Assembly: GCA_977017645.1 (NCBI GenBank)
Contig: OZ360219.1
Span: forward strand, 50,158,001-50,222,000
Length of the DNA: 64,000 nt
Direction of reading: 5' to 3'
Source of the DNA: Torpedo marmorata
Taxonomy: Eukaryota
The notes beneath the pieces were generated by a model. It was not told where the DNA came from. It saw nothing but the letters and a program-made list of their open reading frames with translations, and did not search any database. Positions 25,401 through 39,384 of the stretch are shown here, piece by piece; positions within the stretch are counted from its first letter, which is position 1, and each line of letters starts with the position of its first letter. A program made the position numbers and the translations under genes.

Positions 25401-27070
25401 TCAGCAGCGGGGTAAGATCAAAAATGACAAGATCATGAGGTGGAGAATAGAGCTCTCCACCTACAATTACGACATCATGTACCAGCCCGGGAAGCTCAAT
25501 GAGCCCTCCGATGCTCTATCCCGGGGATCATGCGCCAGCGCGCAGGTCGACCGATTACACGCCCTACATGACGACCTATGCCACCCAGGAATTACCAGGC
25601 TCTTTCACTTCGTGAAGTCACAGTACCTGCCATATTCCCTGGAAAAGGTCAGGACAATGATCAGCAGTTGCCGGGTTTGCGCGGAGTGCAAACCCCAGTT
25701 CTACCGCCCCGACAAGGCACAGCTGATCAAAGCCACTCGCCCCTTTGAACGTCTCAGCATTGACTTCAAGGGGCCCCTTCCCTCCACGAACCGCAATGTG
25801 TACTTTCTGAACATTATTGACGAGTACTCGCGGTTCCCCTTCGCCATTCCCTGCCCCGACACTTCGGCTGCCTCAATCATAAAAGCTCTTCGCCAGGTAT
25901 TTACGCTGTTCGGCTTCCCGAACTACATTCATAGCGACCGGGGATCAGCTTTTATGAGTGAGGAGCTGCGCCAGTACCTGCTGACCCGGGGCATCGCCAC
26001 TAGTAGGACCACCGCATACAACCCCCGAGGTAATGGACAGGTGGAAAGGGAGAACGCCACTGTCTGGAAGGCGGCGCTCCTGGCTCTCAAGTCTATGGGA
26101 CTGCCGGTTTCCCGCTGGCAAGATGTTCTCCCCGAAGCCCTCCATTCGATACGGTCCTTACTGTGCACAGCCACCAATGTAACGCCTCATGAGAGATTTT
26201 TCTCCTTCTCTAGGAGGTCGAACACCGGAACCGCCCTGCCTGCCTGGCTGACGTCTCCGGGGCCGGTGCTGCTCCGCAACCACCTCCGGAGCAGCAAATA
26301 TGAGCCCGCGGTCCAGAGGGTGCAGTTAGCGCACGCTAACCCGCAGTACGCCTACGTGGTCTTCCCGGATGGGAGAGAGGACACGGTCTCAATTCGGGAC
26401 CTGGCGCCCGCGGGAGCGCCGGAGGAACCTCTCGACGGGCAAGACCACTCGCTGCGGCCCCTCCCTATTCCCTCTTCTACAACGTCAGACCAGGCACCCT
26501 CTTGAGTGCTAATTGATAGGCATATCAATTTAATACACATAAGAAAAATTATGGAAGGCGCCCTCGATGGAACCCACAATCCTGGCATCTCACCCAGCAC
26601 CACAGGAGGAGGCGACGGCCTTGCCATCTTCCCCTGCACCACAACCCGCACCCAGGGTACCCCCTGCACCACAACCCGCACCCAGGGTACTGCGCAGGTC
26701 ACAAAGGCGAGCCAAACCACCGGATCGCCTTGACCTGTAAATTATGACTGTAAATATTTTGAATTCCTGTAGCGATTGTATTGTGGCCACTTCACCCCGC
26801 TGGACTCTTTTAAAAGGAGGGGTGAATGTGGTAAACCACTGTTTGTGTATTGTATGTACTGCTGTCTGTCCCGGCAACTCCTCTCCCCTCCTTTGGGTGT
26901 CCAGGTAATCCCTCCCCTTTTCTCACCCGAATAAAGGCCTGTGTGCTACGGCTCCGCCCACAGTCCGGGATAGATCTGCAGCTCCACTGTTGGTCTGTTT
27001 TATGTGTATTAAAGCCTATGGTTCGTTAACCCTCTCACAATCTCTTGAGTGCTAATTGATAGGCATATCA
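22475..27070 (+). mobile_element. Gypsy element E3, full length, inserted in the minisatellite
   Basis: LTRs 22475-22718 and 26827-27070 (244 bp, about 7 differences); TSD CCTGC. Confidence 0.97.
22742..26740 (+). pseudogene. E3 gag-pol with two stops, one frameshift and an insertion in the IN tail
   Basis: Stops at 23849 and 25132, frameshift near 24697; YLDD, RNase H (ESDASDF) and IN (HPGITR, NGQVERE). Confidence 0.94.
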
Positions 27071-27211
27071 CCTGCACTGCTCCAGTAGGTCAGCACTGCT
27101 CCAGTAGGCCTGCACTGCTCCAGTAGGCCTGCACTGCTCCAGTAGGCCTGCACTGCTCCAGTAGGTCAGCACTGCTCCAGTAGGTCAGCACTGCTCCAGT
27201 AGGTCTGCACT
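27071..27211. repeat. 20-bp minisatellite, right part, about 7 units
   Basis: Same unit continues in phase after the E3 TSD. Confidence 0.97.
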
Positions 27212-27249
27212 TCTCATAAAGAAGGGAGGCTCAGAAAGGAGAAAAAAAT

Positions 27250-27640
27250 AAGAACGTCATTTTTTTTTACAGTTCCTTGCACCACCTCATGAGATCTGAA
27301 TCACTTGACAGCCAAGGAACTAGACATTTAAAAAGTAGGAATGGCATCATATATTTTTTGCAGAGCAATAATTTTCAAAAATGAACAACTAATTTATTCT
27401 TCAGGGTTGTAGGTTAAGCAATAAACAAATGCTCTGATAACCTTGTTTATCAGATGATGCGAATGGAGCTTATGCCCCCTACTAGGGAAGGTAAATGTGA
27501 GCTCAATTTAATGATCATCCAAAGGGCTGCATGGCACAACACTGTCTTAGTGGTCATCAGCCTGGATCTAAAGCTCAACTGTCTGTAACAGTACACAGGT
27601 CTATAGACTTCTGACTCAGCCGATGCGTTAGATTTCCTCA
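27250..27640 (-). mobile_element. Possible ancient DeuSINE remnant
   Basis: TTTAATGATCATCCAAAGG...TCAGCCTGGAT resembles the antisense Deu-domain as recalled; heavily diverged. Confidence 0.3.
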
Positions 27641-28062
27641 GCACAATTTAAAACAGGCCCCATGGTCAAACTGCCCATCCTAATGGCAGGATGTAATGAG
27701 TTTCATGACAGAAGTCTGACGACAATGGAGGAAGACGTTACTGGACTCAATATGACTGAATCACGAATGGAGTGTCCCATGCATTACAGAATGGATTGGA
27801 ATTCTGTCTTTGCAGCAGCATAAAGCAGGAATCAATAGTGTTTACTGATTTCCCATTCTGGTAGCTATGAAATTGCTGTAGCCCTAAAATAGGTACAAAG
27901 CAGCCTGAAACATTTAAAAGACCGTTGCAAAAGCAAAGAACCTGGAAGAAACAAAAAGACTGCAAGTCTTCGGGAACAATATCTCCGGTATTGTTCTTAG
28001 CGTAAATTTCCATGAGCAGCTCAGTCCTTGATCATTTTGGCTTGCCACTTTACATGAGAGTG

Positions 28063-28230
28063 AACTTGGGTTACAGTGTCGGAGCAGGTAGTGCTGCTGA
28101 TTCAAGGACCAACAGCCTGGGTTCAATCCTGATGCCCCTGATGTCTGTGTGAAGTTTGTGTGTTCTCTCTGCGTCCATTTGGGTTTCCCCTGGGGTGTTT
28201 TGGTGACCCACCCATCCCAAAGAGCATGAT
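28063..28230 (+). mobile_element. Degenerate tRNA-derived V-SINE
   Basis: B-box-like GGGTTCAATCC followed by V-domain-like GTTCTCTCTGCGTCC...GGGTTTCCCC. Confidence 0.55.
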
Positions 28231-28799
28231 CTGGATTCCTACAAAATAAGACTTGCAGTGACTTTGAACATCAGGCCAAATAATATTAGGATATCCATAT
28301 TTTTTGACAAGATTGAAGGAGATCATTCAAGGTCATTTCAGCCCATCGAGTCTGAACCAGCTCATAGAGCAAACCAATTCTTCACTAATTTTCCTTGAGG
28401 CACTTCAACCCACATTCCCATGAATTGCCCCCAGATTCCTCTGTCTCTGTCTTTATGTGCCCACACTTAATCCCATTAGCCTTTTGCTTTTTCACATCCA
28501 AATATAAACTCTTACGGTTCATTCTTATGTTGGTACTCTCATATTCCATTTTGCGTTTCTTCATCAATTTCTTGGTTCTTCTTTTCTGAGTTCTAAAATA
28601 ATTGTAATCCCCAGGTCCACTGCTGTGTCTGGCAACTTTATGAGCTTCTTGCTTTGATTTAAAACTTTTTCTTGTGAGCCATGGGTGAATCAATTTTCCC
28701 ATTGCATCCATGTGATTTGAAGGACTTTTTCTAGCAACATGTGCATTATTTCATAGAATGCTAATATTGCCTGTCCCCTCTCAAAACATTCAATGCATG

Positions 28800-29261
28800 T
28801 GTTGTATGTGGAGGAGACGTGGCCTCCCTGCCTGTCTGGAATGTGTGTATTGTGGGTGGTCATGTGTCCTCCCCGTCTGAAACATATTCGGAAGTCACAT
28901 CACCTGTCAATCAAGGTTGGACTCCGGCCACCCATTAGTGCACACCTTGCCGTTGGCTAATTTAAATCACCTGGAGAGCCGCACCCCGATAGGTACAGGG
29001 AACCGGGTGTGTGTAAGAGTCCCTGTTTGTAGTGTGTGTACTCGAGTGTGTCGAATATAGGTTCACTATTGTCGGAGTCCAACCTAGGACCGAGGTGAAT
29101 GTCTATATCGTTGCTTAAGTGAAATAGTAATCGTGTACCGTTTAACGTTCTCCCCTGTTTGTGTCCCGTGTGTTAATTAAAGTTACGTGTGATTGTAACA
29201 CTTGTGTCCAGACTCGTCTCTCTGTGAACCCACCGAACCTGAGACTCTTCCCAACACGACA
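28800..29261 (+). repeat. Solo LTR
   Basis: TGTTGT...ACGACA ends, TSD GCATG; homologous to 40778-40930 and 60050-60595. Confidence 0.85.
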
Positions 29262-29649
29262 GCATGCTCCCAATCAACCACAGCCACCTTCCCTCTCATG
29301 CCTTCAGTTTGCTTTGTTTAGATTTATGACCTTTGTTTGCTAATCACAACCCTTCTTTCATGCACAAAATGACTCAAAATAGCCGTTTCGCTCACTGATT
29401 CCCCAAAATCTTTTAACAAGAAAAAGGAGGGGAAATCATCGATGTTCACTTACTCTTTTAATGAAGATGGCAACCCTATTCAAGCAAAAGGGGCATTGCA
29501 AGACATTTTTCAACTAAATTAATTTCTATTTTATTTTTACTTTTCAAATGTTTTATCTCTTTTAATTGATAATACATTTTTTAATGATTTCCAAATGTCT
29601 CAGAGATACTTAGAACAGCTGCTAGGGGCAAAGGTAAGTCTTTGTGAAT

Positions 29650-30232
29650 TAAGACCATAAGACATAGGAGCAGGAATAGGCTATTCAGCCCGTCGAGTCT
29701 GCCCTGTCATTTAATCATGAGCTGATCCATTTTCCCACTCAGCCCCACTGCCCGGCCTTCTCACCATAACCTTTGATACCCTAGCTAATCAAGAACCTAT
29801 CAATCTCTACCTCAAATAAACCCAATGACTTGGCCTCCACAACCGCCAGTGGCAACACATTCCACAGATTTACCACCCTCTGTGCTAAGTGGATGCCCTT
29901 CAATCCTGAAGTTATGCCCTCTTATCCTAGATTTTCCCATCATGGGAAACAACCTTTCTACATCTACTCTGTCCGTGCCTTTCAACATTCTAAATGTTTC
30001 ACTGAGATCCCTCCTCATTCTCCTAAATTCCAACGAGTACAGGCCAAAGGCTGTCAAACGCTCCTCACCTGATCACCCTTTCATTCCCAGAATCATCCTT
30101 GTGAACCTCCTCTGAACCCTCTCCAATGTCAGAACATCCTTTCTTAAATCAGGACCCCAAAACTGCTCACAATACTCCAAGTGAGGTCTCACCAATGTCT
30201 TATAAAGCCTCAATATCACATCCCTGCTCTTA
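29650..30232 (-). mobile_element. CR1 LINE 3' fragment
   Basis: Minus ORF LYSLEFRRMRRDLSETFRMLKG...RGHNFRI plus TCTTATGG tail. Confidence 0.9.
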
Positions 30233-31358
30233 ATACCTATCTTTTAAAAAATATTTGAGTTTAGTCAAATATTTTAAGTATAAGATCACAAGAAATAGAC
30301 ATGGTAATAAATTAGGTGCCCATTTGACCTGCTCCACTATTCAATAAGATTTTTGGCTGAGGGCAAAGATGATTACGGCCATGGCCATTGGGTTTGGAGC
30401 TTGTGAAGGGGCTTCTAAAATGTCCTCCACCTGTCCTATGCAGAAGGCCATTCATTCTTCAGGAGATGAAGCAATCAATGAATGAGTGTGCTCAGGGCTG
30501 AGGGGTAAAAAGACTTTGAATGGAAGGCTCACGTTCCATCCTATAATGGCCCACCCACTGATCACAGCTACCACAGTGTTAGATTCCATTTTGGTGTAAA
30601 ATCTGCGATACTGTAAGGCAAAGCCTAAAGTAACAGATATGTTGGTAATCAAAATCAGGTCAAGGCTTGCAGGACTCGCTGAATTTGAAGCTAACAAATC
30701 ATGTAACAGCACCACAATGAGATGCCCTGTAACAGCAGTCCACTTACGTTTGCAGTGTATCCCTCCACACCATCTACAATTTCATTAGGGGTGAAATTCA
30801 TTCTCTCTTGTAAATAGTCTAGTAACATATAACTTCAGTTCCACTGAACATCAGTACTTAAACAAAGGATAACATTCCACCCGTTGAATCCAATGTGAAG
30901 GCCTGTTTGACTGCTCAAGCACTACTGGCATACTGCATCGGTGTCCAGCTGTGATGGGTGAAGCCAGCACTGATTGTCCATTCCTCTCCCTGCCTCCACC
31001 ATCTGCTCTGGAGCATGTTCAAAGTACGAGTCACCAGGAAAAGACCCAGCCACTAACTGCTGAGCTGAATCACCATCTGCGTGAGCCCTAAGATGGAGCG
31101 CAATTGGAAGTTTTCACCTCTTTTGAGAAACTCTCCACAATGAACCATAGAGATTTCAGCTGAATGTCGGAAAGGACCGGTTGAAAAGCAATGTCAGGGC
31201 AGCACACGAATGTTGCAAATTATCAAGGAGAAGGTCGACACTGTTGAAGATTTTTCAAGAAAGCTGAGTACCAAATGATATTCTGGTGCTGATGTTCAAT
31301 TGAGCTGTTAGGCTCTTGGGAGCACCTTGTCTCTCATCCTCCGACAACCAGTGCCAGG

Positions 31359-31750
31359 AGTAAAACACAAAAGTCTGCAGACTCTGTGTTAGAAGTAAAA
31401 ACATAATGCTGGAGAAACTCAGCAGGTCAAACAGTGTACTTAATGTAGCAAAGATAAAGATAAATAACCAATATTTTGGGCATGAGCCCTTCATGAAGGT
31501 ATGAGCAAAATGTAGGCAGGCACCCAAACAAAATGGTGGGGGGAGGGGCAGTGGAGGAGCAGAGTCTCACAGGCAGGAGGTAATAGGTGGATAAGGAAGA
31601 GAGGGCACAGCAGCAAACAGGGGGAGGGGGGAAGACTGTGAATGGAGAGGGAAGGGGGTGGAGAACTGGAGGAAAGAAGACAGAAGGAATGGGAAGAGAG
31701 GGAGAATGGGGAGTGGGCTAGCAGAAACCGGAGAAGTCAATGTTAATGCC
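31359..31750 (-). mobile_element. Penelope-like element 3' end
   Basis: AATGCTGGAGAAACTCAGCAGGTCAAACAG block shared with the 39817 and 43900 elements; degenerate antisense hammerhead-like motif near 31475-31500. Confidence 0.7.
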
Positions 31751-33879
31751 TCTTCTTGTCTCCTAATTTACAACAGATGACAATAAACTTGACTTGACTT
31801 GAATTTTCTTTAAAAATTGTTGTGCTCCTGCTTTGTGCCATCTGATCTCTCTCTGCATCTCTGCACTTCATTCTTACTTCCTGTGCAATGTATGAGATGT
31901 CTAACTGGTCTGCTCGCAAAACACTATCACTGCATCTTGGCACATTGACAATAAACCTGAACTTGAACTTGAGGTGGTGTTTGTGAGTAATTAAGATGTG
32001 TTTGCAATTGTTATAACCTCTCCTGATATGGTTAGTCATTGAAGATCTCCATCCATTAAAAGCACAAGTTAGCTGAACGTTCCTACCGCTAACCTCCAGC
32101 CTTGCTTCCTCGATATCACAGCTGGTTTATTTTTCCAAAGTTCCACTGTTTCTCTTTGTTTCTCATTGACTCCAAACACTACAACAGCTGATGATTCATG
32201 AAAATGTCTTTTCATGTCTTTGTGCAATTCACTGAACTTTGTGTTTCTTTGACAGAAAGTTTAACATTCATCTTCCATTGCCCCTTAGCTACTGGATTTG
32301 AGATAACAGCAACTGGTTTTCATGACTGCTTTTGTTCTGGACTGGTTAACGGATTTGAAACAACATCTTGATGAATTGGTTTAAAGTTCCTGAGGAACAT
32401 TTTGAACAAACATACATGTTTCCTATGCAATCCAAAATGTTCCACTCCTAATGTCTTCCTGAGTAAATATCAGTGCCACAGATCGGTTTAAAGGAGAAGG
32501 CATAACAGCTAGGAAGTACGAAAATACATTGTTTCAAATTTGACATTCCTAAAATCTGGTAAAATGAAACCAAATGAAGGAGAATAATTCTCATTGTTTA
32601 CTTTTTGGGCCAAAAAGATTCATTTTCAGATAGTAACAATTATCATTTGATTTCCCACATGTTGTGTATTCTAGGCTTAGAAATACACTAGCACACGGAG
32701 TCGTGCTGCTTCATTAATTCTTTATTGTAGTTCTAAAATGGATCCCCACAGCACACCATATATATACATGATGACATCACACGCTGGGCGTGATGACATC
32801 ATACGCACGCAGGCGTATATTCACAACACTCTTCCCCCCCCCACAAAATAAATTCTTCGTGAAAATAACATATAGGCAGCACTTATACTAAACTACGAAA
32901 GCTACATGGTGCACATGAACTAATGATGAGAATCATAATTACATGTTAAGCTGCCAAGTCACTGTACATAGTCCCTTAGGCGTTCTGGAGGACGTCTTTC
33001 CCTTTTGGATTTTCTTGGCGAGGTAGAATCTGCTGGTATACTTTGCGACTTCTCCGGACTCTTTGCCTTGTGGGGTAGTACCTCCTCCTCGGTTGGTGGT
33101 AAGGACTGTGAACTTAGTCTTTGGCGAGCCCCATTCAGACGTTGCATAGGACTGCGCTGCTGAGCAGGATGCAGTGTAGGACTGCTCTGTTGAGCCGGAC
33201 GTAGTGTAGGACTGCTCTGCTGAGCAGTCGACATCGAGCGGACATCATTTCCCGGAGATATTTCTGGAACGTCATCGGTGGCAGGAGCCCAAAATGGAAT
33301 CTCGTCGGGATCGTGAGCAGTAGGTGTGGTCATAGGATCATCCACCGCTCTTAACTGGTCAATGTGCCGTTTCCATATTTTAGTTCCCACCAGTATAGAA
33401 TAATAACAGGGATTTAGCTTTTTAAGAATCACGCCTCTCACCCACGGCTCCCTATTGTCTCGTTAGTCTCATACCAGTACTCGCTCTCATACTTCCAGAG
33501 GTCTGGTAGATTTACCTGGAGACGAGGATTGTTCCATGTGGAGGCCGATGTTCGGGTGCACTGTGGAAAGTCTTGTCCTTAAGTTACGCCCAAACATCAA
33601 TTCTGCTGGTGTTCGTTTGGTTGTAGAGTGCGGCGTGTTTCTATATCCTAACAGAAAATCTGCGATTTTGTGATTCCATGATATGTTTAGGATTTTCTTT
33701 GTCTTCATGGCCTTTTTAAAAGTTTGTACAAAACATTCCGCTTCCCCATTCGTGCTTGGGTGGTAGGGTGCGGATAAGATGTGTCGTATATTGTTATTAC
33801 GTAGGAACACCTTAAAAGCATCGGATACATATTGCGACCCATTATCGGAGACTAGTTCTATAGGTAATCCATATGATGC

Positions 33880-35664
33880 GAGGGACAAAATTGGTCCCTT
33901 AGAGAATCAGAGCGGAAAACTGTGTGTGGAGCCCAGAGAAATGGGGGAGATATTGAACAGTTTCTTTTCTTCGGTATTCACCAAGGAGAAGGATATTGAG
34001 ATATGCCAGATAAAAAAAGCAAATTGGGTAAATATGGAGAATATAGGGATTACGAAAGATGTAGTGTTAGGGCTTTTGAGGCATATAAAGGTGGATAAGT
34101 CTCCGGGACCCGACGGGATCTTCCCCAGGACCTTGAGAGAAGTAAGCGAAGAAATAGCAGAGGCTCTGACGGTGATTTTCCAAATGTCATTAGAGATGGG
34201 GATAGTGCCGGAGGATTGGCGTATTGCGCATGTGGTTCTGTTATTTAAAAAGGGTTCAAGGAGGAAGCCTGGCAATTATCGGCCTGTAAGTTTGATGTCT
34301 GTGGTAGGTAAATGAATGGAGAAAGTTCTTAGAGATAGTACTTATAAATATCTGGATAGACAGGGTCTGATCAGGAACTCTCAACACGGATTTGTGAGCG
34401 GAAGGTCCTGTTTGACCAATCTGATTGAATTTTTTTTTAGGAATGTGGATGAGGGTAGCGCGGTGGATGTTGTCTATATGGACTTCAGTAAGGCCTTCGA
34501 TAAGGTTCCGCATGGAAGGTTAGTTAGGAAGGTGCAGTCTTTAGGTATAAATTCTGAGATAGTCAAATGGATTGAACATTGGCTGGAAGGGAGAGGCCAG
34601 TGAGTGGTAGTGGATAATTGTCTGTCAGGTTGGAGGCAGGTGACCAGCGGTGTGCCTCAGGGATCTGAATTGGGCCCGTTGTTGTTTGTTATATATATCA
34701 ATGATCTAGATGATGGGGTGGTAAACTGGATTAGTAAATATGCAGATGATACTAAGATAGGTGGAATAGTGGATAATGAAGAAGGTTTTCAAGGATTGCA
34801 GAGGGATTTGGGCTGCTTAGAAAAGTGGGCTGAAAAATGGCAGATGGAGTTTAATGCTGATAAGTGTGAGGTGCTTCATTTTGATAGGAAGAATCAGAAC
34901 AGGACATATGTAGTAAATGGGAGAGCATTGATGAATACAGAAGAGCAGAAAGATTTAGGAATAATGGTGCATCGTTCCCTGAAGGTGGAAACTCATGTGA
35001 ACAGGGTGGTGAAGAAGGCTTTTAGTATGCTGGCCTTTATCAATCATTGCATAGAATATAGGAGTTGGGAAGTGATGTTGAGATTATATAAGGCTTTGGT
35101 GCGGCCTAATTTAGAGTTCTGTGTGCAGTTCTGGTCGCCAAATTATAGGAAGGATATCAACAAGGTGGAGAGAGTGCAGAGAAGGTTTACCAGAATGTTA
35201 CCTGGGTTTAAGAATCTAGAGTACAAGGAGAGATTGAGCAGATTAGGTCTTTATTCTTTGGAGCGTAGAAGGTTGAGAGGGGATTTGATAGAGGTATTTA
35301 AAATTATGAAGGGGATAGACAGAGTGGATGTGGATAGACTATTTCCATTAAGAATAGGAGAGATTGAAACAAGAGGACATGAGCTAAGAGTTAAGGGGCA
35401 GAGGTTTAGAGGTAACATGAGGGGGAACTTCTTTACTCAGAGAGTGGTAGCGGTGTGGAATGAGCTTCCGGGAGAAGTAGTGGCGGCAGAGTCAATTTTA
35501 TTATTTAAGAAAAAGTTGGACAAGTATATGGATGAGAAGGAAGTGGAGGGTTATGTGCAGGGTGCAGGTAGGTGGGACTAGATAGGAATGTTTGGTTCGG
35601 TGCGGACTGGAAGGGCCTAATGGCCTGTTTCCGTGCTGTAATTGTTATATGGTTATATGGTTAT
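33880..35664 (+). mobile_element. 5'-truncated CR1 LINE in G6 integrase
   Basis: VDKSPGPDGI, QHGFVSGRSCLTN, VPQGSELGP, KYADDTK motifs; (TTATATGG)n tail. Confidence 0.95.
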
Positions 35665-35863
35665 ATGCAAACATATTTCGTAGTCTTTCAATTGTCTGGT
35701 CTGTTGTTGTTGTTCGCATGTGTGACACTACTGGCCATTTAGAGAGTGCATCGACAACAATAAGGACGTTTTCTCCCATAAAGGGACCAGCGAAATCTAC
35801 GTGAATCCTGTGCCATGATCGCGATTGCCATTTCCATGGGTTAGCTTCAGCTTGAGGTGCTTT

Positions 35864-36052
35864 GAAGTGGTAGATGCAGGTTCAATTTTAATGTTTAAGG
35901 AAAAGTTGGATAGGTATATGGACGAGAGAGGTGTGGAGGGTTATGGGCCGGGTGCGGGTCAGTGGGACTAGGTGGGAGAATGTGTTCAGCATGGACTCGA
36001 AGGGCCGAACTGGCCTGTTTCTGTGCTGTAAATGTTATATGGTTATATGGTT
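35864..36052 (+). mobile_element. Short CR1 3' end, same family, in G6
   Basis: Homologous to the tail of 33880-35664, including TTATATGG repeats. Confidence 0.85.
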
Positions 36053-38202
36053 TTATGGGTTGCATCTCCTGACAAATGCAACATCTTCTCACTGTCTGTT
36101 TTATATCGATGTCCATTGATGGCCACCAGACATGCATATGTGCCAAAGCTTTCATTCGAACCATCCCTGGGTGATTATTGTGGAGCTCTGATAACATGGC
36201 AGCCTGCCATTTGGTAGGAATGATTGTCCTGGTTCCCCATAATAAACAACCTTCTTCAATTGATATTTTATTGCGTCGTGTATAATAAGGTTTCAGTTCG
36301 GGAGAAATAGCTTCGGCCTCGGGCCACCCATTTAATGTGAAATGTAGGACCTTTGACAGTGTAGCTTCTTTCCGTACTTCTTTGCTGATAGTTTTTGCTG
36401 TAATTGGTAAGCAATGAAGTTGTTCTTGATTAATAGCTGTAGCTTCCACCGTCCATTTAATTATCTCGTCTTTCTGTTCAGTTTCAGGTAGAGGTAAGCG
36501 AGATAGGGCATCAGCATGGCCGTTTTGAGTTGCTGGTTTATGTTTCAAATCGTAATCATATGCGGCGAGCTGTATGAATTCTTGTTGCAGCTAGCACTGG
36601 AATCCCCTTTTTAGGACCAAGAATCAAACTCAGTGGTTTGTTGTCTGTTACCAAGGTAAACTTCCTAAGATATAAGTATTGGTGAAATCGTTTGACATCA
36701 AATATTATGGCGAGTCCTTCTTTTTCCAGTTTTGCATAATTACGTTCACAAGCCGTCAAAGATCAGGAGGCATAAGATATCAGTTGTTCCCCCTTTTCTG
36801 TTACTTGTGACAACACTGCACCTAAGCCCACTGGCGAAGCATCCACCGCCAGGGTCACTTCCTTTTCTGGGTCATAGTGGACAAGAACATTATCACTTGA
36901 TGTCAGCAGTTCTTTCAAACGATTGACCACATTACTTGTCTCTTCATTCCAGCACCATTTCTGTTCTTTTCTTAACAATTGGTTCAGCGGGCTGCACAGC
37001 GTTGACATATTTGGAATGTGTTTCCGATAATGGTTAACCAAACCCAACAATGATTGCAATTTGGCTTTATTAAATGGGTAGGGTGCTCTGCGGATGGCCT
37101 CGGTACCAGCGGTATCCAGTCGGACTCCTTCACTATTAATTGTAAATCCTAAATATGTTACGGAAGGTACCATAAATACACACTTGTCCTGGCGCAGACG
37201 GATGTTTGCTTGTTGCAATTGGGCTAGGACCTTTTCCAGGTTTGATAGATGCTCTGAGTCATCTCGACCTGTAATTATGATGTCATTGAGGTAGCATCCT
37301 ACATTTATGCCGTGCAACAATTTGTCCATGATCGCTTGAAATATCGCTGGGGCTGCTGATATTCCATATGGCATTCGGCTATAGGTGAATAACCCCAAGT
37401 GAGTATTGATGGCCACATATTTCATCCAATTCGACTTGCTGATACGCCTGAGATAAGTCCAGTTTCGTGAATTTTCTACCCCCATTCAGGGCCTGAAATA
37501 ATTCCTCCGCTTTGGGCATAGGATGTTCAGGTATTTGCAGAGCCTGACTAACGGTGACTTTGTAATCACCACAAATTCAGATTTCTCCATTGGCTTTTCT
37601 GACTGGTACGATGGGAGCTGCCTAGTCACTGTATTAAATTCTTTCCAGGATTCCTTTGTTTTCCAACCTGTTAAGTTCATATTCAATCTTTCCTTTTATT
37701 GCAAACGGTACCGTCCTGGGCTTATAGAACCGGGGTTCAACACTGGGTTTCAAGTGTAACTTCGCCTGGACTCCTTGCATTTTTCCCAGGCCTTTTCCGA
37801 AAATCGTCTGATACCTCTTAAGCACTTGCTCCAGTTTTGGCTTGGCCTCATGCTCCAGGCACACGTTCATTATGGATCCAATTTCCATCCAATCTAGTTG
37901 GATGTGTGATAACCAGTTTCTTCCGAACAACGCCAGCCCCTTGGTGTCAACGATGTAGAGGGATAATCTTTTTGGTGTCTGTCCTTTATATTCAACGTTT
38001 ACTTTGCATTTTCCAAACACCTTGACTTTCTCCCCTGTGACCGTTTTCAACACCATGTCGGACTCTTTAATGGTGAGGTGGGGTAGCAGTCGTGTTTTTA
38101 ACTTTAGTGGCATTAACGACACTGCCGCTCCTGTGTCTAATTCCATTCAAAGAGGTTCGTTGTTGATTTTCACAGGGACATAGATTTCCGATTTCTTATC
38201 CT

Positions 38203-39384
38203 TCATCCCCTCAAAACTGATCAGCAGACTCTAAGACCTAGGAGTTAACACCCCACTGTGTAATTGGATCATGGATTTCCTCACCTCCAGACCACAATCA
38301 GTGAAGATTGGTAAGAACTTCTCCTCCACAATCTCCATCAGTACTGGAGCACCACAGGGCTGTGTTCTTAGCCCCCTGCTCTACTCACTTTACACCTACG
38401 ACTGTGTAGCTCGGTACGACAATAACACCATCTACAAATTTGCCGATGATACCACGGTAGTAGGTTGTATAAAGGTAGGGGACGAGTCAGCATACAGGAT
38501 GGAGATTGAAAACTTGGCTGAATGGTGCAACAACAACAAACTTGCACTCAATGTCACCAAAACTAAGGAGCTGATTGTTGACTTCAGGAAAGGAAAGCCA
38601 GAGGTATACAATCCGGTGATCATTGGAGGATCATAGTTGGAGAGGGTGAGCAAATTTAGGTTCTTGGGAGTCACTATCTCGTAGGATCTTTCCTGGACCC
38701 AACACACCAATGGCAGCGTGAAGAAAGCACGTCAGCGCCTCTACTTCCTCAGGAGTTTGCAGAGGTTTGGTATGACACCAGAAACCCTGGCAAACTTCTA
38801 CAGATGTGTGGTGGAAAGTGTGCTGACCGGCTGCATCAGAGTCTGGTATGGGAACACCAATACCCCTGAGTGTAAAGCCCTCCAAAAGGTAGTGGACACA
38901 GCGCAGGACATTACTGGCAAAACCCTCCCCACTACTGAGTACATCTACAGGGAACACTGCTGTCGGAGGGCAGCAGCAATCATCAAAGACCCACACCACC
39001 CAGCACAAGCTCTGTTCTCACTGCTGCCATCAGGAAAGAGGTATAGGTGCCACAAGACTCGCACCACCAGGTTTAGGAACAGCTGCTACCCCTCTACCAT
39101 CAGAATCCTCAACGACAATGTCAAATCAGAGACTCATTTAAGGACTCTTACTCGTGCACTTTATTGATTTTTCTTTGCTCTCTCTGTATTGCAAAGTCAG
39201 TTTCATTTTCAATTTCAGTTTCATTCGTTACCTGTTAGCAGTTCTTTTGATTGTTTACATGTTTACGCTGTGTACAGTTTACTTTTTGCACTACCAATTT
39301 GTGGTAATTCTGCCGCGCCCGCAGGAAAAAGAATCTCAGGGTTGTAGGTGACATCATGTATGTTCTCTGACAATAAATCTGAAA
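38203..39384 (+). mobile_element. Rex1/Babar LINE 3' fragment in G6
   Basis: [54 protein letters not shown] motifs; ends ACAATAAATCTG. Confidence 0.9.

Noticed and set aside
26631-26690. 30-bp tandem duplication in the E3 IN tail (also 27 bp in E4 near 49489-49542)
   Set aside because: Ordinary slippage in a Pro-rich unconstrained tail.
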